Part shown: positions 20,931 to 29,422 of the stretch, piece by piece
Layout: each line of letters opens with the position of its first letter
How positions within the stretch are numbered: position 1 is the stretch's first letter
Assembly: GCA_963530635.1 (NCBI GenBank)
Contig: CAUSEJ010000001.1
Coordinates: 38,216 to 102,215 of the forward strand
Direction: 5' to 3'
DNA length: 64,000 bases
Origin: an uncultured Candidatus Saccharibacteria bacterium
GTDB taxonomy: Bacteria; Patescibacteriota; Saccharimonadia; Saccharimonadales; Saccharimonadaceae
Notes under the pieces: model-generated
Database searches by the model: none
What the model saw: the letters and a program-made list of their open reading frames with translations, nothing else
Told to the model about the DNA's origin: nothing
Made by a program: the position numbers and the translations under genes

Positions 20931-21395
20931 TTACTCAGCCTCTTCCAGCTGGATAATCACATGGCGCTCGCGGCCTTCACCTTCGGAGACGGTCGTGATG
21001 CCAGCTGCGTCGGCAGCAACTTGGTGGACGATGCGTCGATCGGCTGGGTTGAGGTGGGCGGTGTAGGGCTCGCCAGTTGCACGCACGCGCTCGATCCAGC
21101 CCCGCGCTTTGTCGGCAACCTTTTCTTCGTGCTGCTTTTTGTAGTCGGCAATATCAACACTCACACGCACTATGGCCGCGTGCTGCGCCCGCAATGCCGA
21201 CGAAACGATATATTGCAGCGCCCGCAGCGTCTCTGCCCCGCGGCCAATCAAAATACTATTGATATCCGACGACTCCACCCGGAGGGTCATTACTTCGCCA
21301 TCGTCCTCGCCCGATACCGCAATATTTTCGCCAAAAAACGAGATGATGTTCTGGAGATATTCTCGGGCAAATGTTACTGATTGGTATCGATCCAT
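20931..21395 (-). CDS. jag: KH/R3H RNA-binding protein (Jag/KhpB-like, short)
   Basis: LIGRGAETLRALQ KH motif, RRIVH R3H motif, SEGEGRER; follows yidC. Confidence 0.85.
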   Translation of the reverse strand: MDRYQSVTFAREYLQNIISFFGENIAVSGEDDGEVMTLRVESSDINSILIGRGAETLRALQYIVSSALRAQHAAIVRVSVDIADYKKQHEEKVADKARGWIERVRATGEPYTAHLNPADRRIVHQVAADAAGITTVSEGEGRERHVIIQLEEAE

Positions 21396-21412
21396 CGGGT
21401 TCTCCTCCTCTG

Positions 21413-22333
21413 TTATTCTTTGGCTTTGATGCGTGTGATGTTGGCTTCTGTAGCTGCTTTGGCGCGCTTTTTCGTCGTTTTTTTCTTGGCAGGCGTTGTA
21501 ATATCTACTTCATCGGCAATTGCTTCAAGCTCTTGTTTATCTTTGCGGAGGAGATACGACTGCTGCGCCACCGCTACTAAGTTGGACGCCGTGTAGTAGA
21601 GCGCCAACGCCCCTGGCAAGCCCATCATGATCATAAACATCATCACTGGCATAAACTTCGCCATATTGCGCATCATTGCGGCGTTCATCTCGGCGGGGTC
21701 GGCCTCTTTGCCAGCGGCCGTCTCTTTCATGATGTCGCGGAAACGCTTGGTACTCTTGCCAGTTGGCATGGTTTGCTTAGTCATCACATACTGGGTGAGA
21801 GCTGAGATGATTGCGAGAGCGAGAAGCGGCCAGACAATGCCATCCTTGCCAAGCGCTACCTTAGTGAGGTCGATAAAGCCCAGCATGGTGTGATTAAACT
21901 GCTCAGGGTGGTGAATGATCGTCTTGATGGCATCGATATTCTTAAGCGGCTCGTAGATGTAGCGTGCCACTTGGTCGCGGTGAAGCGAGATGATCATGAT
22001 CACCTGGTAGAGGCCGATAAAGATCGGAATCTGAATAAAGAGCAGGAGGATCGAGCGAAATGGCTTGATACCGTACTTCTTATACAGCTCCATCTGCTGC
22101 ATTGCCTCTACTTGGCGGTTACCATTAGCCGCTTTCTTGATCTTGGCCAGCTCAGGCTGCATCTTGCGCATCTGTTTGCTCTGGTGGAGTTGCCGCTTGA
22201 GCAGTGGATAGAGCAAAAAGCGGATGATGACCGTAAAGATAATCACCGCCACACCAAAGTCACCACCAGGGATGATACTATAGATGAGCAAAAGTGCGTT
22301 AAAAATGGGCTGTAAAATTATTGTCTCAAACAT
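21413..22333 (-). CDS. yidC: Membrane protein insertase
   Basis: FGVAVIIFTVIIRFLLYPL, QPELAKIKK, IQIPIF, LALYY; GGAG RBS before ATG 22333. Confidence 0.9.
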   Translation of the reverse strand: MFETIILQPIFNALLLIYSIIPGGDFGVAVIIFTVIIRFLLYPLLKRQLHQSKQMRKMQPELAKIKKAANGNRQVEAMQQMELYKKYGIKPFRSILLLFIQIPIFIGLYQVIMIISLHRDQVARYIYEPLKNIDAIKTIIHHPEQFNHTMLGFIDLTKVALGKDGIVWPLLALAIISALTQYVMTKQTMPTGKSTKRFRDIMKETAAGKEADPAEMNAAMMRNMAKFMPVMMFMIMMGLPGALALYYTASNLVAVAQQSYLLRKDKQELEAIADEVDITTPAKKKTTKKRAKAATEANITRIKAKE

Positions 22334-22644
22334 ATTGACTCCGATTACTGCATTTATTGTATCATAGGTGGCCACGGAAGATGAATTGTGGCGAAGTATT
22401 TTTTGGAAATCAATCGTTGATATATGCGATACACTACTGCCAATACTACATATAAGAGTATTTATAACCTTAGAAAAGAACACTCACCTAGCTTGCCCTT
22501 CATTGGTATAGAATGATAAGAAAAGATTTTGTATAAATGTTTTGAGTTCTAGCCTCCACTGTTTATATAGAACTATTTGGCATTGATTTGACTCAAAGCA
22601 CTATGAAGTAGATCGCGCAAAGAAGACTGAGAGGATATAAGATT

Positions 22645-23031
22645 TTATTCTGCCTTATCTCTTTCATCGCTTGGCGTTGCGTCGCCAGGGCAAATGCCAG
22701 CTCGTACAAGCAGATTTGTCACTACCAGCACTAGCTCATCGTGCGGTGTGACAAGCACCTCGCTTGAGGTAATGATGAGCGCAACGTCATACACCCCTGT
22801 AAAGTGCGGTACGTGCTGGCGCAGAATCTCGTAGACGCGGCGGCGAATGCGGTTGCGCCCCACCGCAGATTTGTGCACCTTTTTGCTCACCACCACGGCA
22901 ATGCGTGGCATGCGCCGACGGCGATTGGCCACGTACTTGACGGTTAGCAAACGCGATCGCTCAGCACTGGCATGGCGATACAAATAGCGCAGCCCACCAT
23001 AGCCATGAAACCGATATCGTTGCTGTAACAT
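22645..23031 (-). CDS. rnpA: Ribonuclease P protein component
   Basis: VVVSKKVHKSAVGRNRIRRR RNR motif; synteny with rpmH and yidC. Confidence 0.92.
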   Translation of the reverse strand: MLQQRYRFHGYGGLRYLYRHASAERSRLLTVKYVANRRRRMPRIAVVVSKKVHKSAVGRNRIRRRVYEILRQHVPHFTGVYDVALIITSSEVLVTPHDELVLVVTNLLVRAGICPGDATPSDERDKAE

Positions 23032-23067
23032 ATCTGTATTATAGCAAATCTGCCCGCAAGCAGAGAT

Positions 23068-23097
23068 AAAATAACCCACCAAGCAGTGGGTTATTTT
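23068..23097 (-). terminator. Intrinsic terminator after rpmH
   Basis: AAAATAACCCA...TGGGTTATTTT. Confidence 0.65.
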
Positions 23098-23118
23098 CGT
23101 CATTTTGCTATCATCTCA

Positions 23119-23259
23119 CTACGAGAGTGCGAGGCGAGCGCGACCCTTGGCGCGGCGGCGCTTGAGCACATTGCGGCCTGCCTTGGTGGCAATCCGTGCC
23201 CGAAACCCGTGCGTCCGAGCACGATGACGAGTGTGTGGTTGGTGAGTTCGTTTTGGCAT
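23119..23259 (-). CDS. rpmH: 50S ribosomal protein L34 (missed by ORF track)
   Basis: Manual translation [46 protein letters not shown]. Confidence 0.95.
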   Translation of the reverse strand: MPKRTHQPHTRHRARTHGFRARIATKAGRNVLKRRRAKGRARLALS

Positions 23260-23361
23260 ATCATTGCTATTATACGCGATTGCCCGAGATCTTTCAACTT
23301 TTCACCCTTTTAGTGGATTTTTTACCCCAAGCAGCCTCCGTCATAAGCATAGCCAAATTGT

Positions 23362-23486
23362 TTATCCACATTTGTTCGCGAGTTATCCACACTTTAACAG
23401 AGGTAATACATTTTTGTGGAAAAACTCCACCCCTGTTGCTCTTTTCGGGTTTACCCCGTTGTTGTATTTCTCACGGTTGTGGAAAA
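23362..23486. promoter_or_regulatory. DnaA-box cluster upstream of dnaA (oriC left part / autoregulation)
   Basis: Perfect TTATCCACA at 23362 and 23383; TGTGGAAAA at 23415 and 23478. Confidence 0.85.
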
Positions 23487-23547
23487 GTCGGTTTTTTCTT
23501 ATACTAAAAAGAGTCATTGTATAACAAACAAGGAGCAGTAAAAGCCA

Positions 23548-24930
23548 GTGTACCACAGCCTGTGGAAGAGTGTTTTGGGTGAGATTGAAGTGTCGATACC
23601 AAGCGGTGTTTTTTCGACGTGGTTTGCCAATACTGAGATGCTCAGCAATAAAGACGGGGTGATCACCATTGGGGTAGCGAATATCTTTGCGATTCGTCAG
23701 TTTGAGGTGCGCTACGATAGCATCGTCAAAGAAGCGCTGCAGCACAGTGGTATTGAGGTGTCGCGTATTGCTTATGTGGTGAACAAACACGGCAAAAAAC
23801 GCACCGTGATCAGCCGCGAAACCACTGGCCAGCCAGCCGACCGCGTCGAGGAACGAGCGGCAGCACTCATCAGCAAGCCAACTACTCCTTCACACTCTGG
23901 CTCTCCGACACCAGCGACAAGCCTCAATGCGCGCTATACCTTCCAGAATTTCATCGTCGGCTCGAGCAACGACCTCGCCTACACCGCCTGCCAAGCAGTC
24001 GCACATAGCCCTGGCACCAAATATAATCCCCTCTTCATCTATGGTGGCGTCGGCCTCGGTAAGACGCACCTCATTCAAGCGGTGGGTAACGAGATCCTCG
24101 CGCGCGACCCAAGCAAAAAGGTCGCCTACCTGAGCTCGGAAACGTTTGTCAAAGAATTTATCGAGTCGATCCGCTTCAAAAAGGCAGGCTTTTCTGACCG
24201 GTACCGCAATGTCGATGTACTGATCGTCGACGACATGCAATTTATTGCTGGGCGCGAAAAGACTCAGGAGGAGTTCTTTCATACCTTCAATGCCCTCCAC
24301 CAAGCCAACAAGCAAATCATCATCGGTAGCGACAAGCCACCGCACAGCATCCCTACCCTGACGGAGCGCTTGCGCAGCCGCTTTGAGTGGGGGATGGCGA
24401 TCGATATCCAGATGCCCGACTTTGAGACGCGCTGCGCGATCGTCGAGACCAAAGCGAGCTTCGCTGGCGTGACACTTGAGCGCGACACCGTGGAATACCT
24501 TGCTAAGAACGTCAAGACAAATATTCGCGAGCTTGAGGGTGCGCTCAATCAGCTCCTTGCCTATGCTGAAATGCGCGGCGTCGCCCCTGATGTGATGACA
24601 GCAGAAGGTCTGCTTGGCAATGTCCGGCGCAGTCGCCCTCAGCATCTCACCGCCAAGCAGATTATCGACAAGACCGCTCGTCATTTCCAGATCGACAGCA
24701 AAGAAATCTGTGGTGCTAAGCGGGCTAAGCATATCGTTGTGCCGCGGCAGATTGCCATGTATTTACTGCGCAGCGAGCTTCACATGAGCTTCCCACAAAT
24801 TGCCAATGAGCTGGGCCGCAAAGACCATACTACCGCCATCCACTCAGTCGAAAAGATCGAAAAATCCATCAAGCTTGACTACCTCATCCGTGAGCAAGTC
24901 GCTGACATCCGGGATAAGCTCTATGCCTAG
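23548..24930 (+). CDS. dnaA: Chromosomal replication initiator
   Basis: YTFQNFIVGSSN, YNPLFIYGGVGLGKTHL, QEEFFHTFN, RELEGAL, RKDHTTAIH. Confidence 0.98.
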   Translation: MYHSLWKSVLGEIEVSIPSGVFSTWFANTEMLSNKDGVITIGVANIFAIRQFEVRYDSIVKEALQHSGIEVSRIAYVVNKHGKKRTVISRETTGQPADRVEERAAALISKPTTPSHSGSPTPATSLNARYTFQNFIVGSSNDLAYTACQAVAHSPGTKYNPLFIYGGVGLGKTHLIQAVGNEILARDPSKKVAYLSSETFVKEFIESIRFKKAGFSDRYRNVDVLIVDDMQFIAGREKTQEEFFHTFNALHQANKQIIIGSDKPPHSIPTLTERLRSRFEWGMAIDIQMPDFETRCAIVETKASFAGVTLERDTVEYLAKNVKTNIRELEGALNQLLAYAEMRGVAPDVMTAEGLLGNVRRSRPQHLTAKQIIDKTARHFQIDSKEICGAKRAKHIVVPRQIAMYLLRSELHMSFPQIANELGRKDHTTAIHSVEKIEKSIKLDYLIREQVADIRDKLYA

Positions 24931-24954
24931 GCCGTGTGTTTTTTTCGCTGCGCC

Positions 24955-25200
24955 TGTGGAAAAGTCGTGTATAGTGAGCCGTATAACCAGCGGACAGTTC
25001 GGGGGCAGTCATCCACAGCACCAAAAGCACACCACCCTCCAGCCTCATTGGCTGGTGGATAACCGCCACTTCTCCCCGGCTTATCCACGCCAGCGATCGC
25101 AGCGTTTTGCACAAGTAGTGAGCAGGTCGTACCTCTGTTATTCATTATGGTTTCCACAGTATCCACAGCACCTATTACTAGATTAATCAGATAAAAAGAA
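24955..25200. other. oriC unwinding region: DnaA boxes plus DnaA-trio-like/AT-rich element
   Basis: Near-consensus boxes at 24955, 25009, 25054, 25081, 25150, 25159, then GCACC-TATTACTAG-ATTAATCAGATAAAAA. Confidence 0.8.
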
Positions 25201-25212
25201 AGGATTGTTGAT

Positions 25213-26313
25213 ATGAAACTGTCTGTCACACAAGAAAATCTTGCCCGGGCGCTCGGGGTTGTCGGGCGAGTTGCGAGCAACCGAGCTGGCCTGCCAATCT
25301 TAAATAATATACTATTCCGTACTGAGGGTAATCGCCTTCTCTTGGCTGCGACCAACCTAGAGATCGCCGCGACCTACTATATTGGTGCAAAGGTAGAGAC
25401 GCCGGGGGTGATTACCCTACCAGCCAAGCTCGTGAGCGAATTTGTGGCGAATTTGCCGAAGGGACCAATCGAGCTTGAGACCGATGGCACGCGTATGACA
25501 CTGACGTCTGGCGGGTACACTTCGACGATTAATGGCGTAGTAGCAGATGACTTTCCGGAGCTACCGACGATTGATGAAGAACAATCGGTACGCTATAGCA
25601 TTGCTGCTACGGACTTCAAGCAAGCGGCAGCGCAAACCTTGGTGACGTGTAGTAATGACACGACTCGGCCTGTTCTGACTGGTGTGTATTGGCATACAGT
25701 GGATGGTGCGCTGTATATGGCGGCGACGGATGGCTATCGCCTGGCTGAGCGGCGTTTGATGGCAAGCCAGAGTCAGATTGCGGCCATCGTGCCAGCGAGC
25801 AGCTTGCAAGAAGCGCTACGCTCACTCAGTGACGGCACGGAAGAAGTGGAGGTGCTCTTTGATGAGACGCAGGTGCGCTTTCGGTTAGAGGAAGTGGAGA
25901 TTACCAGCCGCTTAATCGATGGTACCTACCCAAATTATCGGCAGCTCATCCCTACTCAATCAGAGACAAACGTGACACTTGCAGCAGGCGATTTCTCGCG
26001 CGTAGTAAAGGTGGCAGGGCTCTTTGCGCGTGAGTCGGGTGGCAGTGTCACGCTTACCGCCGACCATGAGGCGCAGAAATTGCGGATTCACTCCGTTGCG
26101 TCCGAGCTGGGCGAAAATACCTCCGAGGCAGAGGCTGAGGTGTCGAGTGATGGGCAGATTACGCTCAATTCGCGGTACATTAGTGATGCACTGGGCGTTC
26201 TCGATGGCGAGACGATCACCTTCCGCTTTAGCGGTAAGCTCTCGCCCTGCGTCTTAACAGTGGCTCAGCCCGAGCCAAACTATATTCATATTATTATGCC
26301 ACTGAAGAGCTAG
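25213..26313 (+). CDS. dnaN: DNA polymerase III beta clamp
   Basis: LPILNNIL, ATNLEI, DDFP, TRPVLTGV, AATDGYRLAE, LIDGTYPNY, IIMPLK. Confidence 0.97.
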   Translation: MKLSVTQENLARALGVVGRVASNRAGLPILNNILFRTEGNRLLLAATNLEIAATYYIGAKVETPGVITLPAKLVSEFVANLPKGPIELETDGTRMTLTSGGYTSTINGVVADDFPELPTIDEEQSVRYSIAATDFKQAAAQTLVTCSNDTTRPVLTGVYWHTVDGALYMAATDGYRLAERRLMASQSQIAAIVPASSLQEALRSLSDGTEEVEVLFDETQVRFRLEEVEITSRLIDGTYPNYRQLIPTQSETNVTLAAGDFSRVVKVAGLFARESGGSVTLTADHEAQKLRIHSVASELGENTSEAEAEVSSDGQITLNSRYISDALGVLDGETITFRFSGKLSPCVLTVAQPEPNYIHIIMPLKS

Positions 26314-26315
26314 TG

Positions 26316-27314
26316 ATGAAGATAACGCGGCTAGCAGTGCAGCATGTGCGAATCCATACACTCAAGACACTTAACCTTGAGCCAGGTACGACGCTGATTT
26401 CTGGCCCAAATGGCTCTGGCAAGACATCACTTATCGAGGCGATCCATATTGCGCTGCGTGGTACCTCCTTTCGCGGTAGTGATGAATCGGTCTGTCAACA
26501 TGAACAAAAAAATTATACAATCGATCTCGCGACGGATGAGCAACATTACCGCGTCCAGTACGATCGCCGCCATGAGACGAAGCGCAAGCGTTTTATCGTT
26601 GATGGCACAACCTATGGTCGCCTTCCCTATGGCAAAAAATATCCGATCGTCCTCTTCGAGCCAGATACGCTGCGAATTATCACTGGCTCGCCGCAGCGTC
26701 GGCGCGATTTTCTTGATACACTCATCCAGCAATATGATGCACACTATAGCCACGAGCTGAGCCGCTACCACCGAGCACTACAACAACGCAATAAATTACT
26801 CAAAGACCCTACCCTCAGCGAGGCGGCACTTTTCTCGTGGAATCTTATCTTGAGTCAGTATGGTGCGTCGATCATTGCCAAGCGCCAGCGGGTGCTACAT
26901 TATCTTAGTGCAAAAAGCAGTGCTATGTACCAAAGTATTGCAGGCGTGGCGGATAGCGTTACGCTACACTACTCAGAGGAGCGCAGCATGACCGCGCAGC
27001 AACTCCTTGCCGAGTATGAGCAAAAAACGGCGTATGATACAGTGGTCGGCGCGACGAGTGTTGGGCCACACCGGCACGATATCACGGTGCTATTCCGAGG
27101 CAATCCGGCCGCCAAGACTGCATCCCGCGGTGAAATCCGCACCATTGTGCTCGCTCTCAAATTTCTCGAAGCAGCCTACATCCAGCAGCAAACAGGTCAA
27201 GCACCACTTATTCTACTCGACGATGTCTTTGGCGAGCTCGATCAGCAGCGCCAGCAGCGCCTCCTTAGCGAGTTCGTCGATAACCAGATCGTGATGACGA
27301 GTGCGGTGGGGTAG
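26316..27314 (+). CDS. recF: DNA replication/repair protein RecF
   Basis: GPNGSGKT, RRRDFLD, GPHRHD, ASRGE, LLDDVFGELD. Confidence 0.93.
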   Translation: MKITRLAVQHVRIHTLKTLNLEPGTTLISGPNGSGKTSLIEAIHIALRGTSFRGSDESVCQHEQKNYTIDLATDEQHYRVQYDRRHETKRKRFIVDGTTYGRLPYGKKYPIVLFEPDTLRIITGSPQRRRDFLDTLIQQYDAHYSHELSRYHRALQQRNKLLKDPTLSEAALFSWNLILSQYGASIIAKRQRVLHYLSAKSSAMYQSIAGVADSVTLHYSEERSMTAQQLLAEYEQKTAYDTVVGATSVGPHRHDITVLFRGNPAAKTASRGEIRTIVLALKFLEAAYIQQQTGQAPLILLDDVFGELDQQRQQRLLSEFVDNQIVMTSAVG

Positions 27315-27330
27315 GCTTCTAGGCTTCGCC

Positions 27331-28059
27331 TTATATATCAGTGTACATATAACACCATGGTGGGTTATTGCCGCCGCACGGAACAACACGCTTCTTTTCT
27401 AGCTCTTCGGCGGTGGGATATATTTTGCCATTGATTTTTATGTCGTATTTATCAATATCTTTGTCGTGTTTTTTAATATAGTTGAGGGCTTGGTCGACTT
27501 GCGATTGGCTCGTTTTGTCTGTTGTGACGATGCACACACCAAGCCGATTTGACCGGTCGGTCGTGCGGTATGGGTTGCAGGTAACAATATAAAACCAACG
27601 CGAGTAGTAAGGTAGTTTATTAATAAGAGGGCTCTCTTGAGATATCTTTGCTCCGCCTTGTGTTGCTTCGTGACCGCCGATTGCTTCGCGGATATCGTTG
27701 TATTTTTCCTTCTTCGCTTCTCTCTTTCCTTCCTCAGTTAGTGGATTCATGGCAAAGAATAGCTTCTTTTCTTCGCCTGGCTTGAGGTCTAGCTTGACCT
27801 GGTGGTCGGCAAAGCCCTTAGCTCGGAATGTGTAGGTGTACGACCCGCTCTTTACGGCGTGCTTTGTCCGCGTTGTTACCTTTTGGTCTTTGATCGTATC
27901 ATACGAGACAGTGAGGCTATCGGGGATAGCATAGACGAGGATAGTGCTATCGTATTTGAGATTATCAACAAAGCGATATATCGTAAAGGCAATCATACCA
28001 ACGGCAAGCAGGGCAAATAGTGCGATAATTTGGTTACGTTTTTGATTGAGCATTTCCAT
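27331..28059 (-). CDS. Membrane-anchored hypothetical (PEGA-like beta domain), last gene of T4SS-like cluster
   Basis: N-terminal TM; GSYTYTFRAKGFAD resembles PEGA; overlaps upstream hydrolase gene. Confidence 0.6.
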   Translation of the reverse strand: MEMLNQKRNQIIALFALLAVGMIAFTIYRFVDNLKYDSTILVYAIPDSLTVSYDTIKDQKVTTRTKHAVKSGSYTYTFRAKGFADHQVKLDLKPGEEKKLFFAMNPLTEEGKREAKKEKYNDIREAIGGHEATQGGAKISQESPLINKLPYYSRWFYIVTCNPYRTTDRSNRLGVCIVTTDKTSQSQVDQALNYIKKHDKDIDKYDIKINGKIYPTAEELEKKRVVPCGGNNPPWCYMYTDI

Positions 28060-29422
28060 TGACTGTCCTCGCTAATACAACACCCGGGTTTCCAAGCATC
28101 CACTCGACTGTCCCTTGTTTAATGTAGGTTGGTGAGTAATCAAATTGCGATGCCTGTGCACCAACAAATCCATTACCAAGGTCACCAGTATAGATAAGAG
28201 TATGACCTTGCCCATTATTATAAATTAGAATATCACCAGGTTGTAAGTCGGACATTCCAGGAGACTCTTTAGTATAGAATTTTTCTGGGTGGCTTAAGAC
28301 ATATGGGCGCTGAACTGCCGTTCCGGCTGGTGGATAATTCGGATCTGCCCCACTCATGCGCATCACTGTTGCAACGTATTTGCCGCAATCGGTGTAGTCA
28401 CCACCCGCTTCTGGGTTATACTGCTGACGGGCTTGTTTATACTCTGGTTTTGCACCATCACTGTCGACATGTCGTCCGTCCTCCCAGGCAAGACTCTTGG
28501 CTGTCTCGACAATTGATCCACCGGCGGCACTCTTGCTACCGTTTGCGGTACAGCCTGTGGCTGACGCATTTTGGGCGTTGGCGCCATTGTTATTGCCACC
28601 TTCGACTTGGATTTGGGATGAAGGCGGAGACAAGTTCTCTTCCTTGACAATTTGCTCAATCTTATCAATATATTCGGTGACAGTCGAGACATATTGGCTG
28701 TCGGTCGCATAGCCAGCATTTTTGATCTCCTGGAGGTATTTGCGCGGGTCGCCAGGATATTTGAGGGCTTCGCTATAGCGTGAGTTGCTAGTAATGAACT
28801 CGCCATAGCCAAGCCAGCCAGCCTCGACGGTAGGATATTTGCGAAAGCCATCAACGATCGTTGTCCGTCCAGAAGCGTATTCCTCCTCGGTCTCCATATC
28901 GATCACCTCACCCGACCAGTTCCCACCAGCCTTGATGCCGTGGAAGTTATTTGCTTTGACAGTAAGCCCAGATTTGCCATAGCCAGACTCAATAACTCCC
29001 TGGGCGAGGACTGTCTCGTATGGTGTGCCGTATTTTTTGTTTGTTTCGACAGCCATCTTGACATATTTGCGGACGAAGTCTTTGAGGTCTTCTGCTCCAG
29101 TGGCGCTACTGCCATCGCTACTGCTGGTGCTGCTGGTAGAGCAGGTTGCTGCGTCGGGGTCAAAATGCTCGATATAGTTGCCAGAAAAGAACCTTGCGTC
29201 TAAAGCTGAAGCAGGAGTTGATACGAGAGAGAATACTATCGCAAAAATAAGAGAACTTATTCGATAAATAGTGGTGCAGTGAGAAAAGAGTTGTGTTGAT
29301 GGAGAAAAAAGAGACGAAAAGCGAAGCAGTTGTTGGTGGGTGTATATTTGGCAGCGAGTAACAAACACACAAAGAGAGTAGAAACACTGAGCAAAAATAA
29401 CATGAGTCCACCGTATGATCAT
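28034..29422 (-). CDS. Peptidoglycan hydrolase: GH73 glucosaminidase plus NlpC/P60-CHAP-like domain
   Basis: AQGVIESGYG, NNFHGIKA, GYATD (GH73); DCGKYV...GHTLIY Cys/His; ATGA overlap with upstream stop. Confidence 0.85.
   Translation of the reverse strand: MIIRWTHVIFAQCFYSLCVFVTRCQIYTHQQLLRFSSLFSPSTQLFSHCTTIYRISSLIFAIVFSLVSTPASALDARFFSGNYIEHFDPDAATCSTSSTSSSDGSSATGAEDLKDFVRKYVKMAVETNKKYGTPYETVLAQGVIESGYGKSGLTVKANNFHGIKAGGNWSGEVIDMETEEEYASGRTTIVDGFRKYPTVEAGWLGYGEFITSNSRYSEALKYPGDPRKYLQEIKNAGYATDSQYVSTVTEYIDKIEQIVKEENLSPPSSQIQVEGGNNNGANAQNASATGCTANGSKSAAGGSIVETAKSLAWEDGRHVDSDGAKPEYKQARQQYNPEAGGDYTDCGKYVATVMRMSGADPNYPPAGTAVQRPYVLSHPEKFYTKESPGMSDLQPGDILIYNNGQGHTLIYTGDLGNGFVGAQASQFDYSPTYIKQGTVEWMLGNPGVVLARTVNGNAQSKT

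Noticed and set aside
22334..22644. Possible yidD between rnpA and yidC
   Set aside because: No ORF with the YidD Cys motif was found; the region is AT-rich spacer
23890..24732. 280-aa minus-strand ORF
   Set aside because: Antisense to dnaA
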